64,000 bases of DNA from Actinomycetales bacterium (GCA_016710645.1 JADJVI010000056.1:1388-65387), one strand, 5' to 3'. Positions 8,831 through 18,704 are shown, counted from the stretch's first letter. Translations and numbers: made by a program. The notes: generated by a model from the sequence alone, not told the origin.

Positions 8831-10726
8831 TCAGATGATTTCCACCGGGGGGTATTCGGGCTGCCACATGCGGGTGTAGATGTCGCTCACCGGGTCGGTC
8901 AGTGGGCGGCGCGCGACGCCCTCCTCCGCGGCTGCCGCAGCGACGGCCAGGGCCACGTGGGCGGACACCGGGCGCAACTCGCTGATCCGCGGCAGCAGCG
9001 ACGCTCCCGGACGGTAGGTGTTGACCAGGGCCGCGAGCGCTTCGGCAGCGGCGGCGATCATCCCGTCGGTGACCCGGGTCGCCTGGCACGCGGCCACGCC
9101 CAAACCCAGGCCGGGGAAGATCAGCGCATTGTTGGCCTGCGCGATGACATGCCGCACCTCGCGGTGGTCCACCGGCTCGAACGGGCTCCCCGTCGCGATG
9201 AGGGCGCGCCCCTCGGTCCATTCGACGAGATCGGAGGGCAACGCCTCGGCCCGCGAGGTCGGGTTGGACAGCGGCATGATGATCGGCCGCTCGCAGTAGC
9301 GCGCCATCTCGGTGACGATCGCCTTGGTGAAGGCCCCTCCCGCGGTCGACGTGCCGATGAGGATGGTCGGTCGCACGTTGTGCACGACGTCGGCGAGGGT
9401 GATCCCGCCCCGCCCGGTCCCGTTGCCATTCCCAGCACCAGCACCAGCACCAGCACCAGCCCCAACGCCAACCCCATTCGGTATGCCGTTCGCGCCAGTT
9501 CCATTGGCCCCGTTGCCGTTTCCGGCGTGGCCGTTGCCGTTGGCGCCGTTCGCGCCCAGCATCCCGACCAGACCGCCGCTCACCCGCTCCCACCCGGCCA
9601 CCTCGTCACGGGTCCGCGCATAAGGCACCTGGAACTCCCGCAACGACGACATGTCGTCGACGAACAAGCCCTTGGACCCCATGACATAGAACTGCGCCTG
9701 CGCCGCCTCAGGCGACACACCCTCACGAATCAGCGTGTCCCGCAACAGATCTGCGATCCCGATGCCGGCCGTCCCACCGCCGTAGATGACGATGCGGTGG
9801 TCAGCCAACGGCATACCCGTGACGTTGACCCCAGCCAGCACGGCAGCCAAGGCAACCGCTGCCGTGCCCTGGATGTCGTCGTTGAAGGTGCAGTGCGTGT
9901 GCCGGTACTTCTCCAGCAGCCGGTGCGCGTTGTCGGCGCCGAAGTCCTCCCAGTGCAGCATCGCCGTCGGGAAGAGCCGCGACGCGGTCTGCACCACGTG
10001 GTCCAGGAACGCGTCATAGCGCTCCCCACGCACCCGCGCATGCCGCTCACCCAGATACAAGTCACTGTTGAGCAGGCCGAGGTTGTCGGTGCCCACGTCG
10101 ATGACGACGGGGATGACCCGCCGCGGATGCAGCCCGGCCGCCGCCGTGTAGACCGACAGCTTGCCGATCGCGATCTCGATGCCGCCGATGCCCTGATCGC
10201 CGATCCCGAGAATGCCCTCGGAGTCGGTGAAGACGATCAGGTCGACGTCGTCACGCGCCAAGCCATAGTCCAGCAGCGACTGCTCGACATCCTCCGGGCG
10301 GTCGATGGAGAGGAAAACGCCTCTGCTGCGGTTGTATTCGAGGCTGAACCGCTCGATCACCTCGCCGATCGTCGGCGTGTAGATGATCGGCATCATCTCT
10401 TCGATGTGGTCGGCCAGCAGCCGGTAGAACAGGATCTCGTTGCGGTCGCGCAGGTTGGCCAGGTAGTTGTGCTTCGCGAACGGCGTCTTGGCCGACTGGT
10501 ATTGCGCATAGACCCGCCGCACCTGGTTGCCCAGCCCGGTGACACCGCTCGGCATCAGCCCGACCAGCCCGAGATAGCGCCGCTCCTGCACCGTGAAGGC
10601 CGTCGCCCGGTTGGTCATCGGGTTGGCCAACACCGCCCGCCCGCGCGCGGTGATGCGGATCGGCGCATCCCGACGGGTGGTGTCGAGTTCGTAATCATGG
10701 TGGTACAACACGGAATTGGGCTCCAC
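8831..10726 (-). CDS. maeA: NAD(P)-dependent malic enzyme carrying a ~58-aa Gly/Asn/Ala low-complexity insertion
   Basis: Full-length similarity to malic enzymes (IIYTPTIGEV, VFTDSEGILGIGDQGIGG, FNDDIQGTAAV, YGGGTAGIGIA). The insertion is residues ~384-441. Confidence 0.9.
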   Translation of the reverse strand: MEPNSVLYHHDYELDTTRRDAPIRITARGRAVLANPMTNRATAFTVQERRYLGLVGLMPSGVTGLGNQVRRVYAQYQSAKTPFAKHNYLANLRDRNEILFYRLLADHIEEMMPIIYTPTIGEVIERFSLEYNRSRGVFLSIDRPEDVEQSLLDYGLARDDVDLIVFTDSEGILGIGDQGIGGIEIAIGKLSVYTAAAGLHPRRVIPVVIDVGTDNLGLLNSDLYLGERHARVRGERYDAFLDHVVQTASRLFPTAMLHWEDFGADNAHRLLEKYRHTHCTFNDDIQGTAAVALAAVLAGVNVTGMPLADHRIVIYGGGTAGIGIADLLRDTLIREGVSPEAAQAQFYVMGSKGLFVDDMSSLREFQVPYARTRDEVAGWERVSGGLVGMLGANGANGNGHAGNGNGANGTGANGIPNGVGVGAGAGAGAGAGNGNGTGRGGITLADVVHNVRPTILIGTSTAGGAFTKAIVTEMARYCERPIIMPLSNPTSRAEALPSDLVEWTEGRALIATGSPFEPVDHREVRHVIAQANNALIFPGLGLGVAACQATRVTDGMIAAAAEALAALVNTYRPGASLLPRISELRPVSAHVALAVAAAAAEEGVARRPLTDPVSDIYTRMWQPEYPPVEII

Positions 10727-11012
10727 GGTGAGGACCCGGCGCGGCCACCCCTCAGGCCACGCGACGGATCACGGCAAATACGGCAGGGGACGCAACATCC
10801 AAGTCTCCCAGCCCCGGTATGCCGTCCGCCACCCTCCCGCTCATGGCTCGCGTCACGTCCCGCTCACCACCAGCTAGACGCCCGTTCACGACCGCTTGGC
10901 GCGCTGTTCGAGAACGCCGCTCGCTAGGCCGCATCAGCCCCGAGCAAACGGGCACAATGGGCCATCCTCAGCTTCCACCCGAGGCCTCATCCGACGAGGA
11001 AGGTGTCAAGCA

Positions 11013-11432
11013 ATGGTCGCTGTCGTCGGTTATATCCCGACCCCTGAGGGCCGCGCCGCGATCGAGCGAGCGGTCGTCGAGGCCCGCGATCGCGGCCTCA
11101 CGCTGCTCATCGTCAACGCCACCCGCGGCGACGCTCCGGTCGATCCCCGGTTCGCGTCCTCGTCCCAGATGAGCAGCCTCGATGACTTTCTCACCGAGTC
11201 GGGCGTGAGGCACGAGCTCGTCCAACTCGTCGAGGGGCTCGACCCAGCCGAACAGGTGCTGCATGTGGCAAACGAACGCCAGGCCGAGTTGATCGTTATC
11301 GGGCTGCGCCGCCGCACCCCCGTCGGCAAACTCATCATGGGCTCGGTGGCCCAGAAGATCCTGCTCGAGGCCAACTGCCCCGTGCTGGCGGTCAAGGCTG
11401 CCGAGAGCCACCACCACGGCTGGCGCCGCTGA
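11013..11432 (+). CDS. universal stress protein (UspA family)
   Basis: ORF 10896..11432 trimmed to MVAVVGYIPTPEG. C-terminal Usp signature IVIGLRRRTPVGKLIMGSVAQKILLEANCPVLAVK. Confidence 0.8.
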   Translation: MVAVVGYIPTPEGRAAIERAVVEARDRGLTLLIVNATRGDAPVDPRFASSSQMSSLDDFLTESGVRHELVQLVEGLDPAEQVLHVANERQAELIVIGLRRRTPVGKLIMGSVAQKILLEANCPVLAVKAAESHHHGWRR

Positions 11433-11464
11433 CGCTCGGCCCCACTAGGCGGGCTCGGCGACAC

Positions 11465-11519
11465 CACCACAGAGGTATGCCGTGACGTCACCTTGACGTC
11501 ACGGCATACCTCTGTGGTG
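11465..11519. terminator. 26-bp perfect hairpin (3-nt loop) containing an inverted motif pair, between the convergent usp and tctA genes
   Basis: CACCACAGAGGTATGCCGTGACGTCA-cct-TGACGTCACGGCATACCTCTGTGGTG read directly. Confidence 0.6.
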
Positions 11520-11543
11520 TGGCAGTGCCCTAGCAGCCCGCCG

Positions 11544-13040
11544 CTACTCGTCCTCGGCGAAGACCACGTCACGCTTCTTCTTGATCGAGGGCAGCACCGC
11601 CACGACGAGGAAGATGGCCGCGACGATGAGCATGGCCAGTGAGATCGGACGGGTGAGCAAGACCGAGGCGTCGCCGCGGGAAATCGTCATGGCCCGCCGG
11701 AAGTTCTCCTCCAGCAGTGGCCCGAGGACGAATCCCAGCAGCAACGGCGCAGGCTCACACCCGAACCGGATGAGCACGTAGCCCAGCAGCCCGAAGAACG
11801 CGATCGCGAACACGTGATAGGCGTTGAGGCCCAGCGAGTAGCAGCCGATGGTCGAGAACGCGATGATCGCCGGGAAGAGCACCCGATACGGGATGGTCAG
11901 CAGCTTCACCCACAGCCCGATGAGGGGCAGGTTGAGCGCGACGAGCATGAGGTTGCCGACCCACATCGAGGCGATGAGGCCCCAGAAGAGCACCGGCTCA
12001 TCGTTGATGACGTTGGGTCCAGGGGTGATGCCCTGGATGATGAACGCCCCGATGAGCAGGGCCATGACCGGGTTGGCCGGCAGGCCCAGCGTGAGCAGCG
12101 GGATGAACGACGTCTGCGCCGCGGCGTTGTTGGCCGACTCCGGGGCTGCGACTCCTTCGATCGCCCCATGGCCGAAGCGTTCGGGCGTCTTGGACAGGCG
12201 CTTTTCCACCGAATAGGACGTGAACGACGCCAGCACGTGGCCGGCGCCGGGCAGGATGCCGAGGAGCGAGCCCATCAGGGTGCCGCGCAGCACCGGCGGG
12301 GTGATGTCCTTGAAGTCCTGGCGGCTCAGCCGCAGGCTCTTGACCTCCCGGACCATCGAGGGGCGATGGATGCCGGTCGCGAGGTTGCGCAGGATCTCGG
12401 CCACACCGAACATGCCGACAGCCAACGAGACGAAGTTCAAGCCACCGTCGAGCTCGCCCGCGCCGAAAGTGAACCGCGAGGCGCCTGACTCGACGTCCTG
12501 TCCGACCAGGCCGAGCAGCAGGCCCAGCATGATCATCGCCAGGGCTTTCCACAACGATCCGCTCGCGAGCGCGATGGACGCCACCAGGCCCAAGACGACC
12601 AGCGAGAAATACTCTGCCGGACCGAATTTCAGGGCCGCTTCGGCCAACGGCGGAGCGAAGACCGCCAACACCACGGTCGCCACAGTGCCGGCGAAGAACG
12701 ACCCCAAGGCCGCTGTCGCCAGGGCTTGCCCGGCTCGACCCTTTCGAGCCATCTGATAGCCGTCGATCGCGGTCACCGCGGCGGACGTCTCGCCGGGGAG
12801 ATTGAGCAGGATCGCGGTCGTCGAGCCGCCGTATTGCGCGCCGTAATAGATGCCCGCGAGCATGATGAGCGAGGACACCGGATCGAAGTTGAAGGTGATC
12901 GGCAGCAGCAACGCGATAGTGGCGGTGGGGCCGATGCCGGGGAGCACCCCGACCGCGGTGCCGAGGGCACAGCCGATGAGACAGACCAGCAGGTTGGTCG
13001 GCGTGAGGGCGGTTTGGATGCCCAGCAGGATGTTGTCCAT
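11544..13040 (-). CDS. tctA: tripartite tricarboxylate transporter, large permease TctA
   Basis: 498 aa, polytopic. N-terminal GVLPGIGPTATIALLLPITF and LAGIYYGAQYGGSTTAILLNLPGE are typical of TctA. Confidence 0.9.
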   Translation of the reverse strand: MDNILLGIQTALTPTNLLVCLIGCALGTAVGVLPGIGPTATIALLLPITFNFDPVSSLIMLAGIYYGAQYGGSTTAILLNLPGETSAAVTAIDGYQMARKGRAGQALATAALGSFFAGTVATVVLAVFAPPLAEAALKFGPAEYFSLVVLGLVASIALASGSLWKALAMIMLGLLLGLVGQDVESGASRFTFGAGELDGGLNFVSLAVGMFGVAEILRNLATGIHRPSMVREVKSLRLSRQDFKDITPPVLRGTLMGSLLGILPGAGHVLASFTSYSVEKRLSKTPERFGHGAIEGVAAPESANNAAAQTSFIPLLTLGLPANPVMALLIGAFIIQGITPGPNVINDEPVLFWGLIASMWVGNLMLVALNLPLIGLWVKLLTIPYRVLFPAIIAFSTIGCYSLGLNAYHVFAIAFFGLLGYVLIRFGCEPAPLLLGFVLGPLLEENFRRAMTISRGDASVLLTRPISLAMLIVAAIFLVVAVLPSIKKKRDVVFAEDE

Positions 13041-13043
13041 CGA

Positions 13044-13682
13044 TCAGCCTCCGACCCACGGCCCGAACAACGGCACGGTCAGCCGCAGCAGAAACACGAA
13101 GATGACCATGCACAGGATGGTGATGCCGACGGCGATGACAGCGGCTCGCGCCGGCGTGGTCCCTTGCCCGGCGAGCGCCGCGATGAAGGTCGTCAACAGG
13201 ACCGTGGGGAGCAGTCCGGCCCCGCCGATGATGAACCCGAACAGCAACACCGCCACCAGCAGCAACGCCCCCCGCAGCCACGGCACTGGCTGGTCCTCGG
13301 GCAGCGTGTCGTCGGAGCTCGGCCGCAGCCAATGCAGCACCGCCACGGCAATGATGGCCAGCCCCATCAGCGCGAGAATGATGCCGAGCAGCCGAGGGAA
13401 GTAGCCGGGCCCCATGCGCAGCAGGGTCCCGACGGTGTATTGCGACGAGGCCGCCGCGAACGCGATCCCGAAGGCGACGAAGATCGCCCCCGAGTAGAAG
13501 TCGGCCTTGGTGAGCTGCCAGCGGCTCGGCCGAGCAGCCGGCGAGGCCGCGCCAACGGTCGCAGCACCAACCGCCCCCGCTGGCCCGGACATCCCCGCAG
13601 ACCCGGTCGACCCGTCACGTGGCGGGGTCACCTCAGACGGGCCCCGCCCCCCGTCGGGGGCGGGGCCGTTGTCGGTGGCCAT
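13044..13682 (-). CDS. tctB: tripartite tricarboxylate transporter, small permease TctB (with Gly/Ala/Pro-rich N-terminal extension)
   Basis: Four predicted TM helices, located between tctC and tctA with 1-3 nt gaps. The start is uncertain. Confidence 0.65.
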   Translation of the reverse strand: MATDNGPAPDGGRGPSEVTPPRDGSTGSAGMSGPAGAVGAATVGAASPAARPSRWQLTKADFYSGAIFVAFGIAFAAASSQYTVGTLLRMGPGYFPRLLGIILALMGLAIIAVAVLHWLRPSSDDTLPEDQPVPWLRGALLLVAVLLFGFIIGGAGLLPTVLLTTFIAALAGQGTTPARAAVIAVGITILCMVIFVFLLRLTVPLFGPWVGG

Positions 13683-13683
13683 G

Positions 13684-14715
13684 TCAGGCGGCCTTCACTC
13701 CGGCAGCCTTGATGACGGGCGTCCAGAGGTCGAGCTGAGCCTTGAGCTTGGCGGTGTGAGCGGCCGGGTTGACCTGGTCTGCCGCTTCCGGTGCCGTGCC
13801 GAGGTCGGCCATCTTCTCGATGACCTTCGGCTCCTTCAGGGCCGCAGCGAGGGCATCGGTGAGCTTCTTGACCACGGCCTCGGGCGTGCCGGCCGGAGCG
13901 TAGAGACCGTGCCACACGCCGACCTTGAGCTCCGGCATACCGGCCTCGGTCGTCGTCGGGATGTCCGGAAGGCTCTTGACGCGCTCGGAGGTCGTCACCG
14001 CAAACGCCTTGACCTTGCCCGGCTTGATCTGCGCGCTGGTGTTGGTCGTCTGGTCGCACATGAAGTCGACCTGGCCGCCGACGAGGTCGGTCATCGCCGG
14101 GCCGGTGCCCTTGTAGGGCACCTCGGTGAGGTCGACGCCGAAAGCCTTCTCGATGAGCAGGCCGCACAGTTGCGACGCCGACCCGATGCCGGCGTTGGCA
14201 TAGGTGACCTTCTCCTTGTTGGCCTTGACGTACTCCACCAGCTCCTTGAAGTTGGTCGGTGGCAGGTCCTTCTTGGAGATGATCGTCATCGGCACCTCAG
14301 TGACCAGTCCGACGGTCTGGAAACTCTCCAGGGGCTTGAACGCCAGGGTGGAGTAGAGCGCCGGTGCCGTCGACATGCCGATGTGGTGCATGAGGATCTT
14401 GTAGCCGTCGTTCTTGGCCTTGGCGACCTCGCCAGCGCCCAGGGTGCCACCGGCGCCTTCGACGTTCTGGACGATGATCTGTTGGCCGAGGGTCTTGCTC
14501 ATCGGTTCGGCGACCAGGCGCGCGACCGTGTCGGTCGGGCCACCGGCCGAGAAGGGCACCACCATCGTGATGGTGCCGGTCGGATAGTTGCTGCCGGCAG
14601 CGGCGCCGGATGAGCCGCTGGAGCCGCCGCAGGCAGACAGGCCCAGGGCTGCTGCTGCGGACACCGCCAGGAGGCGATAGGTGGTGCGGCGAGAGGAGGA
14701 CAGGGGCAATGCCAT
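13684..14715 (-). CDS. tctC: tripartite tricarboxylate transporter substrate-binding lipoprotein TctC (Bug family)
   Basis: ORF 13684..14919 trimmed to MALPLSSSRRT, with AAGGAG upstream. Lipobox LGLSACGG. MVVPFSAGGPTD motif. Confidence 0.85.
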   Translation of the reverse strand: MALPLSSSRRTTYRLLAVSAAAALGLSACGGSSGSSGAAAGSNYPTGTITMVVPFSAGGPTDTVARLVAEPMSKTLGQQIIVQNVEGAGGTLGAGEVAKAKNDGYKILMHHIGMSTAPALYSTLAFKPLESFQTVGLVTEVPMTIISKKDLPPTNFKELVEYVKANKEKVTYANAGIGSASQLCGLLIEKAFGVDLTEVPYKGTGPAMTDLVGGQVDFMCDQTTNTSAQIKPGKVKAFAVTTSERVKSLPDIPTTTEAGMPELKVGVWHGLYAPAGTPEAVVKKLTDALAAALKEPKVIEKMADLGTAPEAADQVNPAAHTAKLKAQLDLWTPVIKAAGVKAA

Positions 14716-14861
14716 GGAGAGCTCCTTCACGTAGACAGCGACACTGCTGTGACCGCGATGGGACATTGGACCATTCCAGGCCCTGCTATGTGCCCTTAGG
14801 CCACCTCTGATTTCCCGGAAGGTCATCTCACGCGCCGAGAGGTCGACGGTGACCGTTCGTG

Positions 14862-16451
14862 TCAACGCCCGATGAGGGAGCCCGCCACGACCCGCCCCGC
14901 GACCACCGTGGCGGCGCACGGCATACGACGCAGGTATGCCGTGTGGTCGCCTCCCCCGAGCCCGTCACCTCCCAGCGGATCGGCTTCCACCAGAACGAGA
15001 TCCGCTCGTGACCCGACGCGAAGCGTGCCCTGCCCGTCGACCGATGCGGCGAGCGCCTCACGAAGGGTGAGCGACTGTTCGGGCCGCCAGGCGCTCCGAG
15101 CATCCGGGCTGCGATGCACGGCCGCGGCTATCGCCAGCCATGGGTCCAGCGGCGAGACCGGCGCATCGGATCCAAGGGCCAGGGGAACCCCCGCGGACAG
15201 CAGCGAGCGGAACGCATAACAGCGCTCGTCCCGATCCGGCCAGCAGCGGGTGATGGCCTCGCGGTCATCCCAGAGATGAGCCGGTTGCACGCTGGCGGTG
15301 AGCCCGAGGGCGGCCATCCGGGCGGGCGCGCTGGGCGAGATGAGCTGGGCGTGCTCGATCGACCCGGCCGCGCCCGAGGCAGCGAAGGCGTCGAGAGCCG
15401 CGTCCAACGCAGCATCACCGATCGCGTGGACGGCGACCTGCAGCCCACCCTCGCGAGCACGACGCATCAGCTCGGCCAGGTCGGCCGACGACAAGTTCGG
15501 CGCCCCTCGGCCGTCATCCGCAGCGCCCGGCACGGCATCGACATAGGGCTCGTGGCAGAACGCCGTGCGGGTGTTGAGCGACCCGTCGGAGATGACCTTG
15601 AGCGGCCCCATCTCCACGAGCGGAAAGCCGGGCACCAGCAGGTCGCCGGTCGCTCGACCAGCTGCGAGAGTCGTGTCGAGCCGGTCGGCATAGACCCCGG
15701 CGCGCACCCGCAGCGAACGCAACCCACCGGCATACCGGGCCTGCCATTGCGCCGGAGCGTCGCCCCATTCCAGGTCGACGATCCCGACGATCCCGCGCGC
15801 GTGCGCCGCCGCAACCGCCGAGCGCACCGCGGCCTCGACGGCTTGCGGCGACCCGGCATACTCCCCCAGCCGCGCGAAGATCGGGAACCACTCGTCCTCG
15901 GCCACCACGCCCTCGCGCGGCGCGAGCCCGAAGAGCTGCAGCGCCCGCGAGTTGAGCCAGCCGTGATGCGCGTCGCCGCTCACCAGCACGACCGGACGGC
16001 CGGCGCTTACGGCGTCGAGCTCAGCGACGGTGGGCTCCCGCAGCCAGGTCGCCGTCCGATGGCCATAGCCCTGCAGCAACGGGTATGCCGTCCGCCCGCC
16101 ACCCGAAGAAGGCTCACCAGCGCCGGCATCGGCGGCCACTCGCGCCCGCACCAACGTCAACACGTCCTCGGCCGATGTCGTGCCCGAGGTGTCGATCCGG
16201 CTGGCCTGCAGCGCCCATTGAGTGAGGTGCACGTGCTTGTCCCACAGGCCCGGGATGGCCCAGCGGCCCTCGCCGTCGAGCACCTGCTCGTCCCCAGCGG
16301 CCGCCAGACCGACGCCGACCTCGGTCACCACGCCGCCGCGAAGGCGCAGGTCGACCTCGCCATCAGGGGTGGGCCGATCGACAGCGACCACCCTGACCGC
16401 GCGGACGAGCAGCCCGCCCCCCGGCGCGCCGCCGGCGTCAGGAGTGGTCAC
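14862..16451 (-). CDS. metal-dependent amidohydrolase (Amidohydro_3 / YtcJ-like)
   Basis: ORF 14862..17123 trimmed to a GTG that overlaps the upstream stop (GTGA). GLWDKHVHL, SGDAHHGWLN, VAVHAIGDAA, GSDAPV motifs. Confidence 0.8.
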   Translation of the reverse strand: MTTPDAGGAPGGGLLVRAVRVVAVDRPTPDGEVDLRLRGGVVTEVGVGLAAAGDEQVLDGEGRWAIPGLWDKHVHLTQWALQASRIDTSGTTSAEDVLTLVRARVAADAGAGEPSSGGGRTAYPLLQGYGHRTATWLREPTVAELDAVSAGRPVVLVSGDAHHGWLNSRALQLFGLAPREGVVAEDEWFPIFARLGEYAGSPQAVEAAVRSAVAAAHARGIVGIVDLEWGDAPAQWQARYAGGLRSLRVRAGVYADRLDTTLAAGRATGDLLVPGFPLVEMGPLKVISDGSLNTRTAFCHEPYVDAVPGAADDGRGAPNLSSADLAELMRRAREGGLQVAVHAIGDAALDAALDAFAASGAAGSIEHAQLISPSAPARMAALGLTASVQPAHLWDDREAITRCWPDRDERCYAFRSLLSAGVPLALGSDAPVSPLDPWLAIAAAVHRSPDARSAWRPEQSLTLREALAASVDGQGTLRVGSRADLVLVEADPLGGDGLGGGDHTAYLRRMPCAATVVAGRVVAGSLIGR

Positions 16452-17131
16452 GAGCCTCCCCCGCTGGAACCACCAGAGCCGGCCAACTGCACGACGAGGT
16501 TGATCGTCGTGGCCAGCACGACGGACCCGAAGAGATAGGACAGCAACGAATGCGCGAGCGCTGCGCGGCGGATCTGGGAGTTCTGCAGGTTGGTGTCGGA
16601 CACCTGGTAGGTCATTCCGATCGAGAAGGCGAGATAGGCGAAATCGCGATAGTCGGGCAGCTCGGACTGGTTGAAGTCGATCCCGCCGGGCGTGCCGCGG
16701 TAGTACAACGCGGCATACCGGAGCGTGAAGATGGTGTGCACGAGCAACCAGGACGCGACGACGCACAGCACGCCCGCGAGCGCCTCCCACGGCGGCCCGC
16801 TGCTGGCCCCGCTCGCGCGGAAGAGCAGCAAACCGACGCCGACGAGCGAGGCGACACTGCCGGCCAGCAGGATCCCGTCGATGACCGCGCGGTTGGAGTA
16901 CTCCAAGGTCGCGTGCGCCTGGGCCTGCTCCCCCGACATGGGCCCGACCACGGCCCAGGTCCACGCCGTGAAGACCCCCGCCGCGATGACCCACCCGGCG
17001 ACGCCGCCCTCGACCACGCCGAACCGCGGCACAGCCAGCGCACCCACGACGACGCCCATCCCGAAGGCGACCGCCAGTCGCACGAGCAGCGCGCTGGGTT
17101 GGCTGTGGGCAGGAGTCGGCCAAGGCGTCAC
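16448..17131 (-). CDS. DUF1345 family membrane protein
   Basis: 227 aa, multi-TM. Conserved YAALYY...IDF...PDYRDFAYLAFSIGMTYQVSDT block. Confidence 0.7.
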   Translation of the reverse strand: MTPWPTPAHSQPSALLVRLAVAFGMGVVVGALAVPRFGVVEGGVAGWVIAAGVFTAWTWAVVGPMSGEQAQAHATLEYSNRAVIDGILLAGSVASLVGVGLLLFRASGASSGPPWEALAGVLCVVASWLLVHTIFTLRYAALYYRGTPGGIDFNQSELPDYRDFAYLAFSIGMTYQVSDTNLQNSQIRRAALAHSLLSYLFGSVVLATTINLVVQLAGSGGSSGGGS

Positions 17132-17197
17132 AGGGCCACGCTAAAGGCTCCGGTATGCCGTGACGCTCCCCAACCCGCTCCCAAGCTCATCTCCCAG

Positions 17198-17247
17198 TTT
17201 TGGTGTGTCGGATTGTGCGCCAGGGCGCACAATCCGACACACCAAAA
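17198..17247. terminator. ~23-bp perfect GC-rich hairpin flanked by TTTT/AAAA
   Basis: TTTTGGTGTGTCGGATTGTGCGCC-ag-GGCGCACAATCCGACACACCAAAA, between the kinase-like operon 3' end and the DUF1345 5' end. Confidence 0.5.
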
Positions 17248-17258
17248 CGTGTAATGGG

Positions 17259-17300
17259 TGGGCGTGTGATGAGTGGGCGTGTGATGAGCGGGCGTGTGAG
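17259..17300. repeat. 15-bp tandem repeat x3 (TGGGCGTGTGATGAG)
   Basis: Read directly. The third copy is degenerate. Lies between the hairpin and the stop at 17323. Confidence 0.7.
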
Positions 17301-17322
17301 CGAGCTGCGCAGTCGAAGTCGG

Positions 17323-17895
17323 TCAGGCCATCGGGATGTGCAGGTCGGCGCGGTCGACGTAGGTCGCGATCTCGCGCGCACGCGGTTGGACCACCCGGGT
17401 CACCCACTCGCGAGCCTCGCCGACAGCCAGCCCACGGGCCTGCTGACTGCCGATGAGTCGAGCGATCCGATCGGCCACCGGGAGTTGGGCCCACCACACC
17501 TCGTCGATCCGGCGCCGCGCGATCGCCCAATCCCCTTCGGACAGAAGCCAATCGCCAACCGCCACGACGAGGCGCACATGGCCGCCGACCTCACCCCCGC
17601 CAGGCACCGACACCGTCGCCCCCACGTCGCCGGTCAGCGCCTCCGCCGCCCCGCGGAAACTCGCCGCATCGTCGCCCACCTGCAGGTATGCCGCCCAGTC
17701 ACTCGGGGCGCCCGGCACCGGGATCGCATCGGGAGCCGGCCCAGCGTTCAGCTGACGCACCAACGCTTGCCCCAACACGTCAGCGCCAGCCCCGGGCAGG
17801 CCGGTGACCCCGAGGATGACCCGACGTCCGGGCCAGGCCAGATCGTGCGCTCGGGCGACGAGCGCCGGGAAGTCGATCGGCGAATCCGTAGCCAC
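17323..17895 (-). CDS. nucleoside/nucleotide-kinase-like P-loop protein with degenerate Walker A (GLPGAGAD, Lys missing)
   Basis: ORF 17323..18345 trimmed to a GTG 2 nt after the upstream stop. ILGVTGLPGAGADVLGQAL resembles the uridine-kinase/PRK N-terminus. Confidence 0.45.
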   Translation of the reverse strand: MATDSPIDFPALVARAHDLAWPGRRVILGVTGLPGAGADVLGQALVRQLNAGPAPDAIPVPGAPSDWAAYLQVGDDAASFRGAAEALTGDVGATVSVPGGGEVGGHVRLVVAVGDWLLSEGDWAIARRRIDEVWWAQLPVADRIARLIGSQQARGLAVGEAREWVTRVVQPRAREIATYVDRADLHIPMA

Positions 17896-17897
17896 GG

Positions 17898-18704
17898 TCA
17901 GCCCGCCTGCAGCAGTTCGCGCCGCACCAGGGCAGCGACGGCCAACGGGTCCTCGACATGGGCGTTGTGTCCGAGCCCCGGCAGCACGACCGGCGCCGAC
18001 TCGATCCGTGCACCGGATCTGCCGGGTCCACCGAGGCCAGCGGGGCTGACCCCACCACTCGCCGCGCCGGATGCCCCAGCGAGGACTGCCTCCAGGTCCG
18101 CAGTCGACACCATGGGGTCGAGTTCGCCGCGCGCCAGGACCACCTCGGCCCGAGACGCCGCAAGCAGCCCGGCCATGTCGGGCGCTCCAGCGGCGACGGT
18201 CCCGGGTTCGACGGTCGTGCGCCAGCGCCCATCCAAACCCACCTCGACGCCCCGCCGGACGACCTCCGCGTCGCCGTCGACCAGGCCCACCAGGCCGGCC
18301 ACCTTGACCAGCCGATCGACCGCCGCCGGACGACTGTCGAACCACGCCACCGGCTTGCCGCCCACCGCTGCCGCTCCCGCCTTCTCGGCATCGGTCCAGG
18401 CCACCTTGATGCCCAGGCCCACCACCCGCGAGACCTGCACCCCGAACCAGCCGCTGGCCAGGGCCAGCCCGACCGCACCTCCGAGGGAGTGGCCGAACAC
18501 GGCATACCGGAGTGTTGGGTCGAGCTGGGCAGCGAGCGAGGCGGCCATCAACCCGATGTCATAGCGGGCCAGGCGCGGGCCGTCGGCGTGTCCGGGCAGG
18601 TCGGGGGTGAGCACCGGCACGTCGCCGAGCGCCCCGCGGACGCCGTCCCAGACCGCAGCGTTGCCCCCGAGTCCGTGCAGCAGCAGGACCGTCGTCGCAC
18701 TCAT
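17898..18704 (-). CDS. alpha/beta-fold hydrolase
   Basis: LLLHGLGGNAAVW oxyanion region, nucleophile elbow FGHSLGG, C-terminal GLGHNAHVEDP. Confidence 0.8.
   Translation of the reverse strand: MSATTVLLLHGLGGNAAVWDGVRGALGDVPVLTPDLPGHADGPRLARYDIGLMAASLAAQLDPTLRYAVFGHSLGGAVGLALASGWFGVQVSRVVGLGIKVAWTDAEKAGAAAVGGKPVAWFDSRPAAVDRLVKVAGLVGLVDGDAEVVRRGVEVGLDGRWRTTVEPGTVAAGAPDMAGLLAASRAEVVLARGELDPMVSTADLEAVLAGASGAASGGVSPAGLGGPGRSGARIESAPVVLPGLGHNAHVEDPLAVAALVRRELLQAG

Noticed and set aside
8957-10927. 656-aa + strand ORF
   Set aside because: It is antisense to the malic enzyme gene and has no recognisable motifs.
14862-17123. Single 753-aa minus-strand ORF
   Set aside because: The first 224 aa overlap the DUF1345 gene out of frame. 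The region is better explained as two genes joined by a GTGA overlap at 16448-16451.
17198-17247. Possible MITE or IS terminal inverted repeat
   Set aside because: It is a single compact hairpin with no internal sequence, no target-site duplication, and no second copy seen in the window.
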